Shown piece after piece: positions 1-8,865 of a DNA stretch of 64,000 nt; within the stretch, counting starts at the first letter, position 1, and each line of letters starts with the position of its first letter. The notes beneath the pieces were generated by a model. That model was not told where the DNA came from, did no database searches, and saw only the letters and a list, made by a program, of their open reading frames with translations. The position numbers and the translations under genes were made by a program. The DNA is from an uncultured Gammaproteobacteria bacterium (lineage in GTDB: Bacteria > Patescibacteriota > Patescibacteriia > UBA9934): assembly GCA_964344415.1 (NCBI GenBank), contig CAYFMS010000002.1:142-64141 (forward strand). Reading direction: 5' to 3'.

Positions 1-30
1 GTACATGATTTTATTGTTTTGATCAAGGTC

Positions 31-59
31 AAAAGAAAAAAGCTGCAGTAGTTGCAGCT
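31..59 (-). terminator. rho-independent terminator (minus strand)
   Basis: gctgcagtagttgcagc hairpin followed on the minus strand by a T-run (the a-run 31-41 on +). Confidence 0.55.
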
Positions 60-87
60 CGGTTCACGCCTCGATCGTCGATGACGC

Positions 88-411
88 TTACAGTGTCATA
101 TCACCGACAAAATCGATCAGCCTCCTCATCCCGTGAGGATTTGCATCCAATGTCTCGAGAATTGTCCGCAAGGGGGTGCCGCTTCCATGGTCATCCATCA
201 GGGCAAAGTGACCCCAGATGAAGAATCCAACGATGCGATCCTCTTCGGGATGCATGAGAAGGCCGACGGTATGTCCGATGTCCACATGTACTGCGTCGAC
301 ATCTTCTCCGACATGGAGCAGGCGACCAAGTTCATCGACGCGAGTGTGTGGTTCGAATGGCTTCTCCGCGGGCTTGGTCAGCCAAGCGGGGAGTTGAAAG
401 TCCGCATTCAT
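88..411 (-). CDS. hypothetical protein encoded in a GC-rich segment (strand assignment uncertain; overlapping + strand ORF 133..444 is the alternative)
   Basis: Minus-strand ATG at 409-411 preceded by AAGGAGAG RBS 5 nt upstream; stop at 88-90 followed by hairpin+T-run (31..59) on minus strand. However third-codon GC bias favours the + strand ORF 133..444 (GTG start, no RBS). Local GC clearly above window average. Confidence 0.35.
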   Translation of the reverse strand: MNADFQLPAWLTKPAEKPFEPHTRVDELGRLLHVGEDVDAVHVDIGHTVGLLMHPEEDRIVGFFIWGHFALMDDHGSGTPLRTILETLDANPHGMRRLIDFVGDMTL

Positions 412-471
412 GATCTCTCCTTAAAAGTGCTGATGCGAGTATAGCAGGAAAAGAAAAAACCGGTAAACCGG

Positions 472-837
472 TTAGATGAATATATCGCGCGGTATTGTTT
501 TCCTGCCAATGTTTTGCAGGAGTCCATTCACGCCAGGGTCGTCTTGTTTTGCGACGGAGAGTACCAATCCGCGAACAGGCACCCGAGCCGTATGCCCTGG
601 TAGTGCTTCCGCAGATGCGCGTGCTCGCATGATGAGCGCGCCAACGAATTTCCCATCTTGCTCACTTGTGAGTATGCTGAGCAGCTTGTTTACACGCTTT
701 GCGTAATAGTCTGATTCCGCAATGCGATAGATCAGCATATCTGCTTTGGGTATGTAGAAGGAATAATCAAAGGACACACTGGCTTCGGTACCTCGCAAAA
801 TATCCCTTACGCTCCTCGAGGACCTGATATTCGACAT
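472..837 (-). CDS. hypothetical protein (121 aa)
   Basis: ORF with GGAGGA RBS directly upstream of ATG (rc of catggttcctcc at 835-846); stop overlapped by hairpin aaccggtaaaccggtt plus T-run on minus strand. Confidence 0.5.
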   Translation of the reverse strand: MSNIRSSRSVRDILRGTEASVSFDYSFYIPKADMLIYRIAESDYYAKRVNKLLSILTSEQDGKFVGALIMRARASAEALPGHTARVPVRGLVLSVAKQDDPGVNGLLQNIGRKTIPRDIFI

Positions 838-904
838 GGTTCCTCCAATCTGCCATGTGCAATGTATATAAACAGATTGTGAAAACTTTTGCTATACTAC
901 GGTT

Positions 905-1411
905 ATGGATAACAATTCGAGCAAAACATCTAGAACAATCGATGCTGGAGAGGGATTGATTTCTTGGGAGGCATGGGAATTCGAACCTCAGACGCGCAGC
1001 ACTCGTTGGTATGTGGCCATTGTTTGTATTGGCATTGCTTTGATTATTTACGCTATTCTTGCCTCGAATCCTATTTTTGCTCTTATCATTTTGATGACAG
1101 GTGTGCTTATTTTGATCAATAGCCTCCACAAACCAAAACGCATACAAATTCATATCACAACGGATGGAATCGTATTTGGAAAACAATTCCACGAATATAC
1201 TGATTTAAAGGATTTTTCGATTATTTATCAGCCGCCGGTAAAAAAGCTCTATATAGATTTTAAGCGCTTTTATCGCCCGATTATGTCTATTGACCTTGCA
1301 GATGTAGACGCTATCGCCGTTCGCGACACGCTTTTGCAGTTTATTGATGAGAATATCGAACGAGAGGACCAATTGATGACGGATTTAGCTCGTCAGTCAT
1401 TCAAGTTATAA
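905..1411 (+). CDS. hypothetical membrane protein (two TM helices)
   Basis: 168 aa ORF with hydrophobic stretch YVAIVCIGIALIIYAILASNPIFALIILMTGVLILI; extended -10 (TGcTATACT) just upstream. Confidence 0.5.
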   Translation: MDNNSSKTSRTIDAGEGLISWEAWEFEPQTRSTRWYVAIVCIGIALIIYAILASNPIFALIILMTGVLILINSLHKPKRIQIHITTDGIVFGKQFHEYTDLKDFSIIYQPPVKKLYIDFKRFYRPIMSIDLADVDAIAVRDTLLQFIDENIEREDQLMTDLARQSFKL

Positions 1412-1454
1412 ATGCACTTGATTTTTATTGTTTTTTCGCGTAGACTAGGCAATT

Positions 1455-3533
1455 ATGCCCGTTACGCTTGATACGGAAGTAAAGCTGGTGCCCGGGATTG
1501 GTGCAAAAAAAGCCGCCGATCTTGCGCGTCTAGGAATCGTCACATTGCGTGATGCTCTTTTTGAATTTCCATTTCGGTATGAAGATCTTTCTCAAACAGC
1601 GACGATGGCAAGCATTGTCCCTGGAAAGAAAATAACGGTTCGTGGAACGGTTACGGCGATTCAAAACAGGCGAAGCAAGCGGAATCCCCGCATGGTTGTG
1701 ACGGAAGCAATCATTTCTGATGACACAGGATCTATCAAAGCTATTTGGTTTCATCAAGGATTTTTAACAAAGACGCTTCGAACGGGTCGGCTCGTTTCTC
1801 TTTCTGGGAAGGTTGATTCTAAATATGGACTTTCGCTCGTGAATCCAGTTTACGAAATTCTTGGACTGAGCAAGGTAACAAAGCATACGGGGAGAATTGT
1901 ACCGATGTATCGACTGACGGGAGCCCTCACACAAAAAGTGATGCGGAGCCTAACAGAGCAGGCCGTGAAATGTATGAATGGTAGTCTCGAGGATTGGGTT
2001 CCAGAATCCATTGTTGAGCGTGAGAAATTTATGCATTTGCGAGATGCCATTTGCTCAATGCATTTCCCAAACTCGAAAGTAGATGAAGAGAAAGGACTGC
2101 ATCGACTGAAATACAATGAATTTTTACTGCATCAAATTTTGCACGGAAAGGCGCGTCGAGAATTGAAAAAAGAGAAAGCAACCGTTATTCCATTCAATGA
2201 AAGTGTCGTTAAGGAAATGGTAGATTCGCTACCATTCTCACTGACAGAGGCTCAGAAAAAGGCAATTTGGGCCATTATTAAAGATATGGAGCGCGATGAG
2301 CCGATGAATCGATTGCTTGAAGGTGATGTTGGGACAGGGAAGACGATTGTTGCGGCTATTGTTGCTCGTAATGTCGCGGCATCTGGCGCGCAAACAGCTA
2401 TTTTGGCGCCAACTGAAATCCTTGCAGAACAACATGCGCAGAGCTTGCAAGAATGTTTTGGTGATTCTATGAGCATTGCCGTTTTCACACGGACAAAGCG
2501 CCGTGTCGGAACGAAGGAAGTAACAAAGCAGCAAATGCTTGATGCGCTCAAGAACGGAAAAATTGATTTGGTTGTGGGAACACATGCTCTTCTTTCTGAC
2601 GGAGTTTGTTTTAATAGACTTGGTTTTATTGTTGTGGATGAGCAGCATCGTTTTGGTGTAAAGCAGCGTAAAGCTCTCAAGGATAGGGAAGGGGATGCTG
2701 ATGGAATTCCACATTTGCTTTCGATGACGGCGACGCCAATCCCGCGGTCGCTTGCACTTGTTTTATACGGAGATCTAGACCGATCTCTTCTTGACGAGTA
2801 TCCAGCTGGCCGAAAACCTGTTACGACATCAATTGTGACACCCGATCGGGAAGAACAGGTTTATCAGAGAATGCGTGATGAAATGGACGATGGCCATCAA
2901 GTTTTTGTGGTATGTCCACTTATTGAAGAAAGTGATGCGCTTGGTGTTCAGTCTGTGAGTCAGGTATTTAGTCATTTCGAGCAGGGGCCATTTCGTGCAT
3001 ACAATATCGCCATGCTTCACGGAAAAATGAAAACACAGGAAAAGGATGAGGTAATGGCAAGATTTTCTGCCGGTGAAATTGATATGGTCATTTCAACGAC
3101 TGTTGTTGAGGTTGGTGTCGATATTCCGAATGCAACCGTTATGTTTATTGAGGGTGCTGAGCGATTTGGCCTGGCGCAACTGCATCAATTGCGCGGGCGT
3201 GTTGGAAGAAGCGATATGCAAAGTTATTGTTATTTGCATCCCACGGATGAGCTTGGGGATTTGGCGCGTCAGCGATTGCGGGCTCTTGTCATGTCTCAGA
3301 ATGGATTTGAGCTTGCCGATAAAGATCTTGAACTTCGCGGTCCGGGGAATATTTTTGGAACAGAGCAGAGCGGTTTTGAATCATTTAAGTTAGGGTCCTA
3401 TGCCGATATGGATTTGATTTCAATGGCAAGGCAGGATGCAAAGGATTTGCTAGACGAGGATCCAGATCTCGAAAAATGGCCATTACTGCGTGATAGAGTT
3501 GAAAAATACGTCGCAGAAGTGCATTTCGAATAA
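1455..3533 (+). CDS. recG: ATP-dependent DNA helicase RecG
   Basis: 692 aa; Walker A GDVGTGKT, DEQHRFG (DEQH box), C-terminal helicase motifs QLHQLRGRVGR; N-terminal wedge-domain-like region. Confidence 0.9.
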   Translation: MPVTLDTEVKLVPGIGAKKAADLARLGIVTLRDALFEFPFRYEDLSQTATMASIVPGKKITVRGTVTAIQNRRSKRNPRMVVTEAIISDDTGSIKAIWFHQGFLTKTLRTGRLVSLSGKVDSKYGLSLVNPVYEILGLSKVTKHTGRIVPMYRLTGALTQKVMRSLTEQAVKCMNGSLEDWVPESIVEREKFMHLRDAICSMHFPNSKVDEEKGLHRLKYNEFLLHQILHGKARRELKKEKATVIPFNESVVKEMVDSLPFSLTEAQKKAIWAIIKDMERDEPMNRLLEGDVGTGKTIVAAIVARNVAASGAQTAILAPTEILAEQHAQSLQECFGDSMSIAVFTRTKRRVGTKEVTKQQMLDALKNGKIDLVVGTHALLSDGVCFNRLGFIVVDEQHRFGVKQRKALKDREGDADGIPHLLSMTATPIPRSLALVLYGDLDRSLLDEYPAGRKPVTTSIVTPDREEQVYQRMRDEMDDGHQVFVVCPLIEESDALGVQSVSQVFSHFEQGPFRAYNIAMLHGKMKTQEKDEVMARFSAGEIDMVISTTVVEVGVDIPNATVMFIEGAERFGLAQLHQLRGRVGRSDMQSYCYLHPTDELGDLARQRLRALVMSQNGFELADKDLELRGPGNIFGTEQSGFESFKLGSYADMDLISMARQDAKDLLDEDPDLEKWPLLRDRVEKYVAEVHFE

Positions 3534-3535
3534 AA

Positions 3536-4852
3536 TTATTTTGATGGCGTGAATGCTTCTTTAAGCGTTCGATAGTCTTTTGATGTAATGATATGTTCAA
3601 ATCCCATGCGCTCGGCCTCTTTGATTCGCTTTTCAAGCAGGGAAACATTGCGAAGTTCACCCGATAATCCAACTTCGCCAATATAAACGCTATTTGGTTT
3701 TGGAAGCTTGTCTTGAAAACTAGAAATAATGGCAGCGATGATAGCAAGATCTGCGGCCGTTTCTTTTATTTTCATTCCACCAATGACATTTACATAGACA
3801 TCATGTGAACTCAAGCTGATGCCAGCTCGCTTGCTAATAATCGCAAGAAGCATATGTAGCCTTGAACTATCGACGCCGCTTGCGCGACGAAGTGGATTGG
3901 GATAGTGACTTTGCTCAACAAGCGCTTGAATCTCAACAAGAAAGGGTCGATTACCTTCCATGATGCAGGTGATGACGGATCCAGGGCCGTCAACACGCTC
4001 AGCTAGGAATCGTTTGGATGGGTTCTCAACAGGTATCATTCCTGATTCAGTCATTTCAAATACACCAATCTCATCTGTGCTTCCAAAACGGTGCTTAGCT
4101 ATATGCATCATGCGAAAGCTTGTTTTTTTATCTCCTTCAAGCGTAATAACGGTATCAACAAGATGTTCGAGTGTTTTTGGTCCCGCGACGGATCCCTGTT
4201 TTGTTACCTGGCCGATGAGCAGCACGGGAACATTTGTGCTTTTCGCAAATCCAATGAGTTGGGATGTTGCAGCTCGAACCGCTGTTGGTGATCCTGGTAG
4301 ATTGTCAGCATCTGCAGGAATCATGGTTTGAATCGAATCGATAATAACGAGCTGCGGTTTTATCTGATCTGCCGCTGCAATAATTGAGTCGATTTGAACA
4401 GTATTTGAAAATGAGATTTGTTTGGGTTCTATGCTGAGTCTTTTGAATCTCATCAGAACTTGACCCTCGGATTCCTCTCCAGAAATATAGAGCACAGGTT
4501 TTTGTTTCGATTTTGTAAGAGAGTCCGCTATTTGGGCGACAAGTGTTGATTTTCCAATTCCTGGTTCACCAGCAAGAAGTAGGATAGATCCCGGAACAAT
4601 TCCGCCAGAAAGAACACGGTCGAGTTCTGGTATATTCGTCGGTTCATGCTTTGCTTTTTGTTTGGATGCTGATGAAAGTTCAAGAAGAGGGGCCGGTGCA
4701 GCCCCTCCTTTTTTTGATTGTTTTTTTGTAGCGCCGATGCTGGCAGGTGCTTCAGAGGATCCTGACTCGATGAGCGTACCCCATTTTCCGCATTCACTGC
4801 ATCGACCTTGCCACTTCAAGCTCTGTGCATCGCAATGACTGCAATGATACAT
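3536..4852 (-). CDS. radA: DNA repair protein RadA/Sms
   Basis: 438 aa; N-terminal C4 zinc finger CSHCDAQSLKWQGRCSECGKW, RecA-like Walker A GEPGIGKST, KNRFG motif, C-terminal Lon-protease-like domain. Confidence 0.92.
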   Translation of the reverse strand: MYHCSHCDAQSLKWQGRCSECGKWGTLIESGSSEAPASIGATKKQSKKGGAAPAPLLELSSASKQKAKHEPTNIPELDRVLSGGIVPGSILLLAGEPGIGKSTLVAQIADSLTKSKQKPVLYISGEESEGQVLMRFKRLSIEPKQISFSNTVQIDSIIAAADQIKPQLVIIDSIQTMIPADADNLPGSPTAVRAATSQLIGFAKSTNVPVLLIGQVTKQGSVAGPKTLEHLVDTVITLEGDKKTSFRMMHIAKHRFGSTDEIGVFEMTESGMIPVENPSKRFLAERVDGPGSVITCIMEGNRPFLVEIQALVEQSHYPNPLRRASGVDSSRLHMLLAIISKRAGISLSSHDVYVNVIGGMKIKETAADLAIIAAIISSFQDKLPKPNSVYIGEVGLSGELRNVSLLEKRIKEAERMGFEHIITSKDYRTLKEAFTPSK

Positions 4853-4853
4853 A

Positions 4854-6224
4854 CTATCTGATTTGTTTGCATGAATTCTTGGTCCAATCCCATTTTACAC
4901 AAGTGTCAGGGACTGTGTACCGTTTATCCCGAGTATAGCTAATAGAATTATTGCTTGTTGAACATCCACGGGAAACGCTCAGGTTATTTAATTCAAAATG
5001 CCATGGCTCGCTTGAAATACGACAGAATCCATTGTCGATCATAGCTCGTGTCATTTCATTGGTGCATTCGACGTCTAAATTATTGCGAGTACTGCCGACA
5101 CAATAAACATCCACGGCAACAGATGAAGTATGCGGACAATTACCAATATTGGCATTTTGCGTTAATTGGCTGACAATGACGCTTTCGCTTGTTTGTCCAG
5201 CGAGACTGCCGCTTAAGGTGTATTGACCATTTACCTTTTCAACAAGTCCAGTGCCAGCCGCTGGGTTGCATGTTGGTATGGTGCAGGATCCTGTTTTAAG
5301 GCAATTGTCGTAAAAGAGTTGTGCTTGTTTCTCAGGATCGCGAAAGGCTGAAACGATTCGAATATCGGTATTGGTTTCTTCATAGAGGTCGATCGCGGCA
5401 TTTTCAAGTGCTGCAAGGGCATCGGGATTAATGCGATTATCTCTTGCATTTACAATGATATGCTGGCCGATAATTGGGACGAGGTCGCCAGATATATCCG
5501 TTCTCGGAATGGCTTCATGTTCACCGTCTGGGTGCAAATGATGGGGGCTGCTTTCAATATAGCGTAGATTCAAACTCTCAAAGCGCGTCAGGCGAGGGTC
5601 AATAAGCTCCGCAATTGCTACAATAAGCAGAACGACAACAATGCTCATAATCGCCTTCCCAAGGAGTGCTTTTGCTCTACCTGTTTGAGCGGAATCGCCA
5701 CGTGCAAGCATCCACATAAGCCCCGCAATCATAATGATAATGACGGCAATGACAGACGTGATTACAATCAAGATTTGATAAGCGGCATTTACATAAACGC
5801 CAATGAAATTTGAAGAGATTGCTTCGCCGCTTTGCGTAGGCTGCGAAAAAATGGCTCCTGGAAGTGGTATAGCAAGATTGGGGGTCTGAGCATCTTTCTT
5901 TACAACTTCTTCATCGGTAGAGCTTGGTTGATCGTCGATATTTCCAGATGTAATAGCGCTTGTGCTTGCGCCGCAGAATGCTTGAAATGTACCGCGCTCG
6001 AATCCAAGAATTTCCTTGCAGGCCGTTTGGCACTCGGTCGCAAGAACGGATTCTCCAGATGCAGCAACAGCATCTGCAATACTCCCAGTGCTATCAAGAT
6101 ATAATTCCGTTCGATCACCATCAGAGCAATCACATACATAGGGATCTTGGCAGGCGGCCAACGTTACGATTGGAAATGTAAGTAGTGCAACAATGGCTGG
6201 AACGATGAATGCGATTCGAATCAT
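4854..6224 (-). CDS. Cys-rich secreted/membrane protein: signal peptide, two-helix hydrophobic hairpin (VirB2/TrbC-pilin-like topology) fused to C-terminal peptidase M15 (VanY/D-Ala-D-Ala carboxypeptidase-like) domain
   Basis: Signal peptide MIRIAFIVPAIVALLTFPIVTLAAC; hairpin ILIVITSVIAVIIIMIAGLMWMLARGDSAQTGRAKALLGKAIMSIVVVLLIVAIAELI; M15 motifs SAFRDPEKQAQL, SVAVDVYC and EPWHFEL; >20 Cys. ATGA overlap with downstream DsbA-like gene. Confidence 0.55.
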   Translation of the reverse strand: MIRIAFIVPAIVALLTFPIVTLAACQDPYVCDCSDGDRTELYLDSTGSIADAVAASGESVLATECQTACKEILGFERGTFQAFCGASTSAITSGNIDDQPSSTDEEVVKKDAQTPNLAIPLPGAIFSQPTQSGEAISSNFIGVYVNAAYQILIVITSVIAVIIIMIAGLMWMLARGDSAQTGRAKALLGKAIMSIVVVLLIVAIAELIDPRLTRFESLNLRYIESSPHHLHPDGEHEAIPRTDISGDLVPIIGQHIIVNARDNRINPDALAALENAAIDLYEETNTDIRIVSAFRDPEKQAQLFYDNCLKTGSCTIPTCNPAAGTGLVEKVNGQYTLSGSLAGQTSESVIVSQLTQNANIGNCPHTSSVAVDVYCVGSTRNNLDVECTNEMTRAMIDNGFCRISSEPWHFELNNLSVSRGCSTSNNSISYTRDKRYTVPDTCVKWDWTKNSCKQIR

Positions 6225-6862
6225 AATTCTGTGGAGAGAAGATTGTCGAGAAGTGTCCGTAAATCATTCTCACTGACGGCTCCGGTAAGACGCTCGGTAT
6301 TTACGAAGATTGTTGGTGCGGTTGTTAGACTTAGGTCTTCAGCTTCTTGTGCAGAATCATGAACGACGCCAGCCATCTTTTCGCCAGAAAGGCAGCGATT
6401 AAATTTTGGTAGATTGAGGTCAATCATCTCCGCAATGTCGGTGTATGCCTGACCACCAAGCTCAATTCTGTGTTCATGCAAAATATCATGATATTCCCAG
6501 AAATAACCTTGATTGCCAGCACATTGCGCAGCGATAGCGGCATTCGTTGATTCGGGATTAAGTGAATCATTCGGAAAATCTTTCCAGACAATGGTGATAT
6601 TGTAATCGAGTGCGAGGCGCTGCATGATATGAGACATTTCTTTGCAACTTGGGCAGGTGAAATTGCTATAGAGAACTAAAACAGCATCGGGGCTTATACT
6701 GCCAATGAAAGGGTCGGTTGATCGAATGGTCGGTGACGTGGGTGTATTTAAATCAGTAAAAACAACGCTCCCGCGATCGAAAAGATGAAATGTAATGAAT
6801 CCTAAGATAATAATGACAAGCAAAATGGCTGGCAAAATAATGGCATGTGCTGTCAATTTCAT
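6221..6862 (-). CDS. thioredoxin-fold thiol:disulfide oxidoreductase (DsbA-like), membrane anchored
   Basis: 213 aa; N-terminal TM anchor; CPSC active-site motif (FTCPSCKEM); operonic with Cys-rich protein. Confidence 0.65.
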   Translation of the reverse strand: MKLTAHAIILPAILLVIIILGFITFHLFDRGSVVFTDLNTPTSPTIRSTDPFIGSISPDAVLVLYSNFTCPSCKEMSHIMQRLALDYNITIVWKDFPNDSLNPESTNAAIAAQCAGNQGYFWEYHDILHEHRIELGGQAYTDIAEMIDLNLPKFNRCLSGEKMAGVVHDSAQEAEDLSLTTAPTIFVNTERLTGAVSENDLRTLLDNLLSTEL

Positions 6863-6863
6863 A

Positions 6864-8087
6864 TTAGCGGAGTCTTATGGAATTTAATCGGTCAAATTCG
6901 TCTGTGAAATAGAGTGTGCTTTGATCAGCAGAAACGCTGAGGTCTTCGGCAATAATGTCGGTACTAGGTACGGCGAGGAGTTTTGATTGTCCGGTTGTGA
7001 CATTGATTTCGTATATGTCATCAGGTGCCGTGCTGAATTCATGCGAGTATCCAGTAAATGGTTCAATTTCGCGCGGAACAGCGCAAATGAGGAAGGTGTC
7101 ATCACGGAATGTACATTTCTCAATCCATGTCGGTACATTTAAATTACGTCGTTCAGCACCAATCTCATCCCCGGAAGCCTTCACATACCAAATACTTGGC
7201 CTTTCTTGATTGCTAGGATTTGATGTTGAATACGCAAGATGATTGCCGGTTGGCGACCATTTTGCAGAGAAATTTGTTCCATCAATAATGATGCTTCCTG
7301 GAGCATCTCCGTTCTGATCAATAAGAAGAACGGCATTCCGACCGAATCCAGCCTGAGCTTGCCCTGTTTGTGATAGACCGAGAAATTGATTATTTGGTGA
7401 CCAAAGGATGTCGAGCTTATGTTCATTTGATCCCAGTTCTGCAACGGCTTGTGCTTGAGTCCCATCTGTACTCATGACGACGAGTTGCCCATTATTGGCA
7501 TCAGCGATTGCCTTGCCGGCTAATGCGTCTCCATGCGGTGAAAAACCAAAGTCCTCCCAATGTGAAGGCATGGTTATTTGTTTATTCTGTTCGATATCGA
7601 AAAGAATATTGCTTCCATCTGGAAATTCCAGAATGGCCGCATCAGCATCTGGATTAAAAATAACTTCATCCGCACCAACGAATGCGGTATTTGAAATGGC
7701 AACAACACGCCCCTGTGCATCGATTTGATAAAACTGCCCATCATTTGGGTCATAATAGGCAATGTCATTTCCTGAAGATGAAGCTCCGGTAATTGCACTT
7801 GTTGTGAGCCTCGTTACAACTGTTTCGCCGCCGCGAGCAATGGGGGAAATAGGGAGTCCTGTTACCTCATCGATAATCTCTTCCTCTTCTTCGATGCGAT
7901 CCCCAACAAAGACATCCGAAGGAGAAATGACACCAGTTGCTATGTCTTCAGGAATATCGGTAATTGGTACTTCGGGTTTGCGACCGAAGAAAATCAAATA
8001 GAGAATAAGTCCAAGAAAAACAACGGATGCGGCGAATCCGGTGACTTGTAATGCAAATTTTAGGCGAGGATTCATCATATCAACCAA
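6864..8087 (-). CDS. membrane-anchored PD40/TolB-like beta-propeller protein
   Basis: 407 aa; N-terminal TM; repeated WSPxxxxLAxS motifs (WSPNNQFLGLS, WSPTGNHLAYST) typical of PD40 repeats. Confidence 0.5.
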   Translation of the reverse strand: MVDMMNPRLKFALQVTGFAASVVFLGLILYLIFFGRKPEVPITDIPEDIATGVISPSDVFVGDRIEEEEEIIDEVTGLPISPIARGGETVVTRLTTSAITGASSSGNDIAYYDPNDGQFYQIDAQGRVVAISNTAFVGADEVIFNPDADAAILEFPDGSNILFDIEQNKQITMPSHWEDFGFSPHGDALAGKAIADANNGQLVVMSTDGTQAQAVAELGSNEHKLDILWSPNNQFLGLSQTGQAQAGFGRNAVLLIDQNGDAPGSIIIDGTNFSAKWSPTGNHLAYSTSNPSNQERPSIWYVKASGDEIGAERRNLNVPTWIEKCTFRDDTFLICAVPREIEPFTGYSHEFSTAPDDIYEINVTTGQSKLLAVPSTDIIAEDLSVSADQSTLYFTDEFDRLNSIRLR

Positions 8088-8829
8088 AGAATTCAGACAT
8101 GAATGTATAAATAGTATTGAGTGGATCAGACCAAAATGCTACCCAAAAGTATAAGAGGGCTAAAATACCGAGTACAAGACCAACAAGTATTGCCCAGAGA
8201 AAGGCATTAATTCCATGATAAAGCCAGTCACTCATAACAAGCGCACTTTCTTCCGGATCATCGCCATATAATTTGAAGGCTGGGGGTGCTATTTTTTTGA
8301 ATGCTCCAATTCCACCGCCACTTCCTGCCATTTTATCAAGAGGAAGAATGGTTCGGAAAAATTGAGTCCATGTCACAATGCTCGCAATAATAAAATCAAA
8401 TGGATCATAGCTGAGGGATTTATACCCAAGCCAAAATCGTCTTGCCATCCTATCCGCCGTTTTATCAATCTGCGTATGTGATTCAAGCGCTGCCTTCTTT
8501 TGTTTTGCACTGACAATGCGTCTTGCTATTTGCAGCTGCGTATATGTCGGCAGAGCTCGCATTGGCATAGCGGATTCTGCAAATTGCCTTGCGGTACTCG
8601 AGCGTTCTTTTTGTGATTTTATGCTTAGATTCCGCCCCAAATTACGAGAAGACTGTCGAATATTGTCGATAGTGTTCTGCTGTCGCATTAAACTCTCTGC
8701 ACGATCGGATTCACTTACCCCTTGGGCGAGTGTAGATTCTGGCAAAACATTAAAAGAGAGTTGCCGTCTTGTCCTGCGCAACTCGGTTGCAATTTGCTTT
8801 TCGCTCCTAGGGCGAATCTCTGCAGCCAT
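8080..8829 (-). CDS. hypothetical membrane protein
   Basis: 249 aa ORF overlapping next gene by 8 nt; C-terminal TM helices; start not well supported by an RBS. Confidence 0.4.
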   Translation of the reverse strand: MAAEIRPRSEKQIATELRRTRRQLSFNVLPESTLAQGVSESDRAESLMRQQNTIDNIRQSSRNLGRNLSIKSQKERSSTARQFAESAMPMRALPTYTQLQIARRIVSAKQKKAALESHTQIDKTADRMARRFWLGYKSLSYDPFDFIIASIVTWTQFFRTILPLDKMAGSGGGIGAFKKIAPPAFKLYGDDPEESALVMSDWLYHGINAFLWAILVGLVLGILALLYFWVAFWSDPLNTIYTFMSEFFG

Positions 8830-8865
8830 GCATGCAGTATACCCCAGGAATCCTTCTGATTTAAA

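Noticed and set aside
133-444. Plus-strand ORF overlapping the reported 88..411 minus-strand gene
   Set aside because: Not rejected outright. It has the better GC3 codon signature but lacks an RBS and an ATG start and has no terminator, so I list the minus ORF as the feature and flag the ambiguity.
950-990. tRNA-like T-loop sequence (gaGGTTCGAATTCCc on the minus strand)
   Set aside because: No complementary T-stem, acceptor stem or anticodon arm can be drawn, and it lies inside a well-formed membrane-protein ORF. Coincidental.
2238-2714. Antisense ORFs inside recG (also 1530..1757, 1850..2116, 2252..2680)
   Set aside because: Shadow ORFs opposite a strongly supported helicase gene; low-complexity, Cys/Arg-rich translations typical of non-coding frames.
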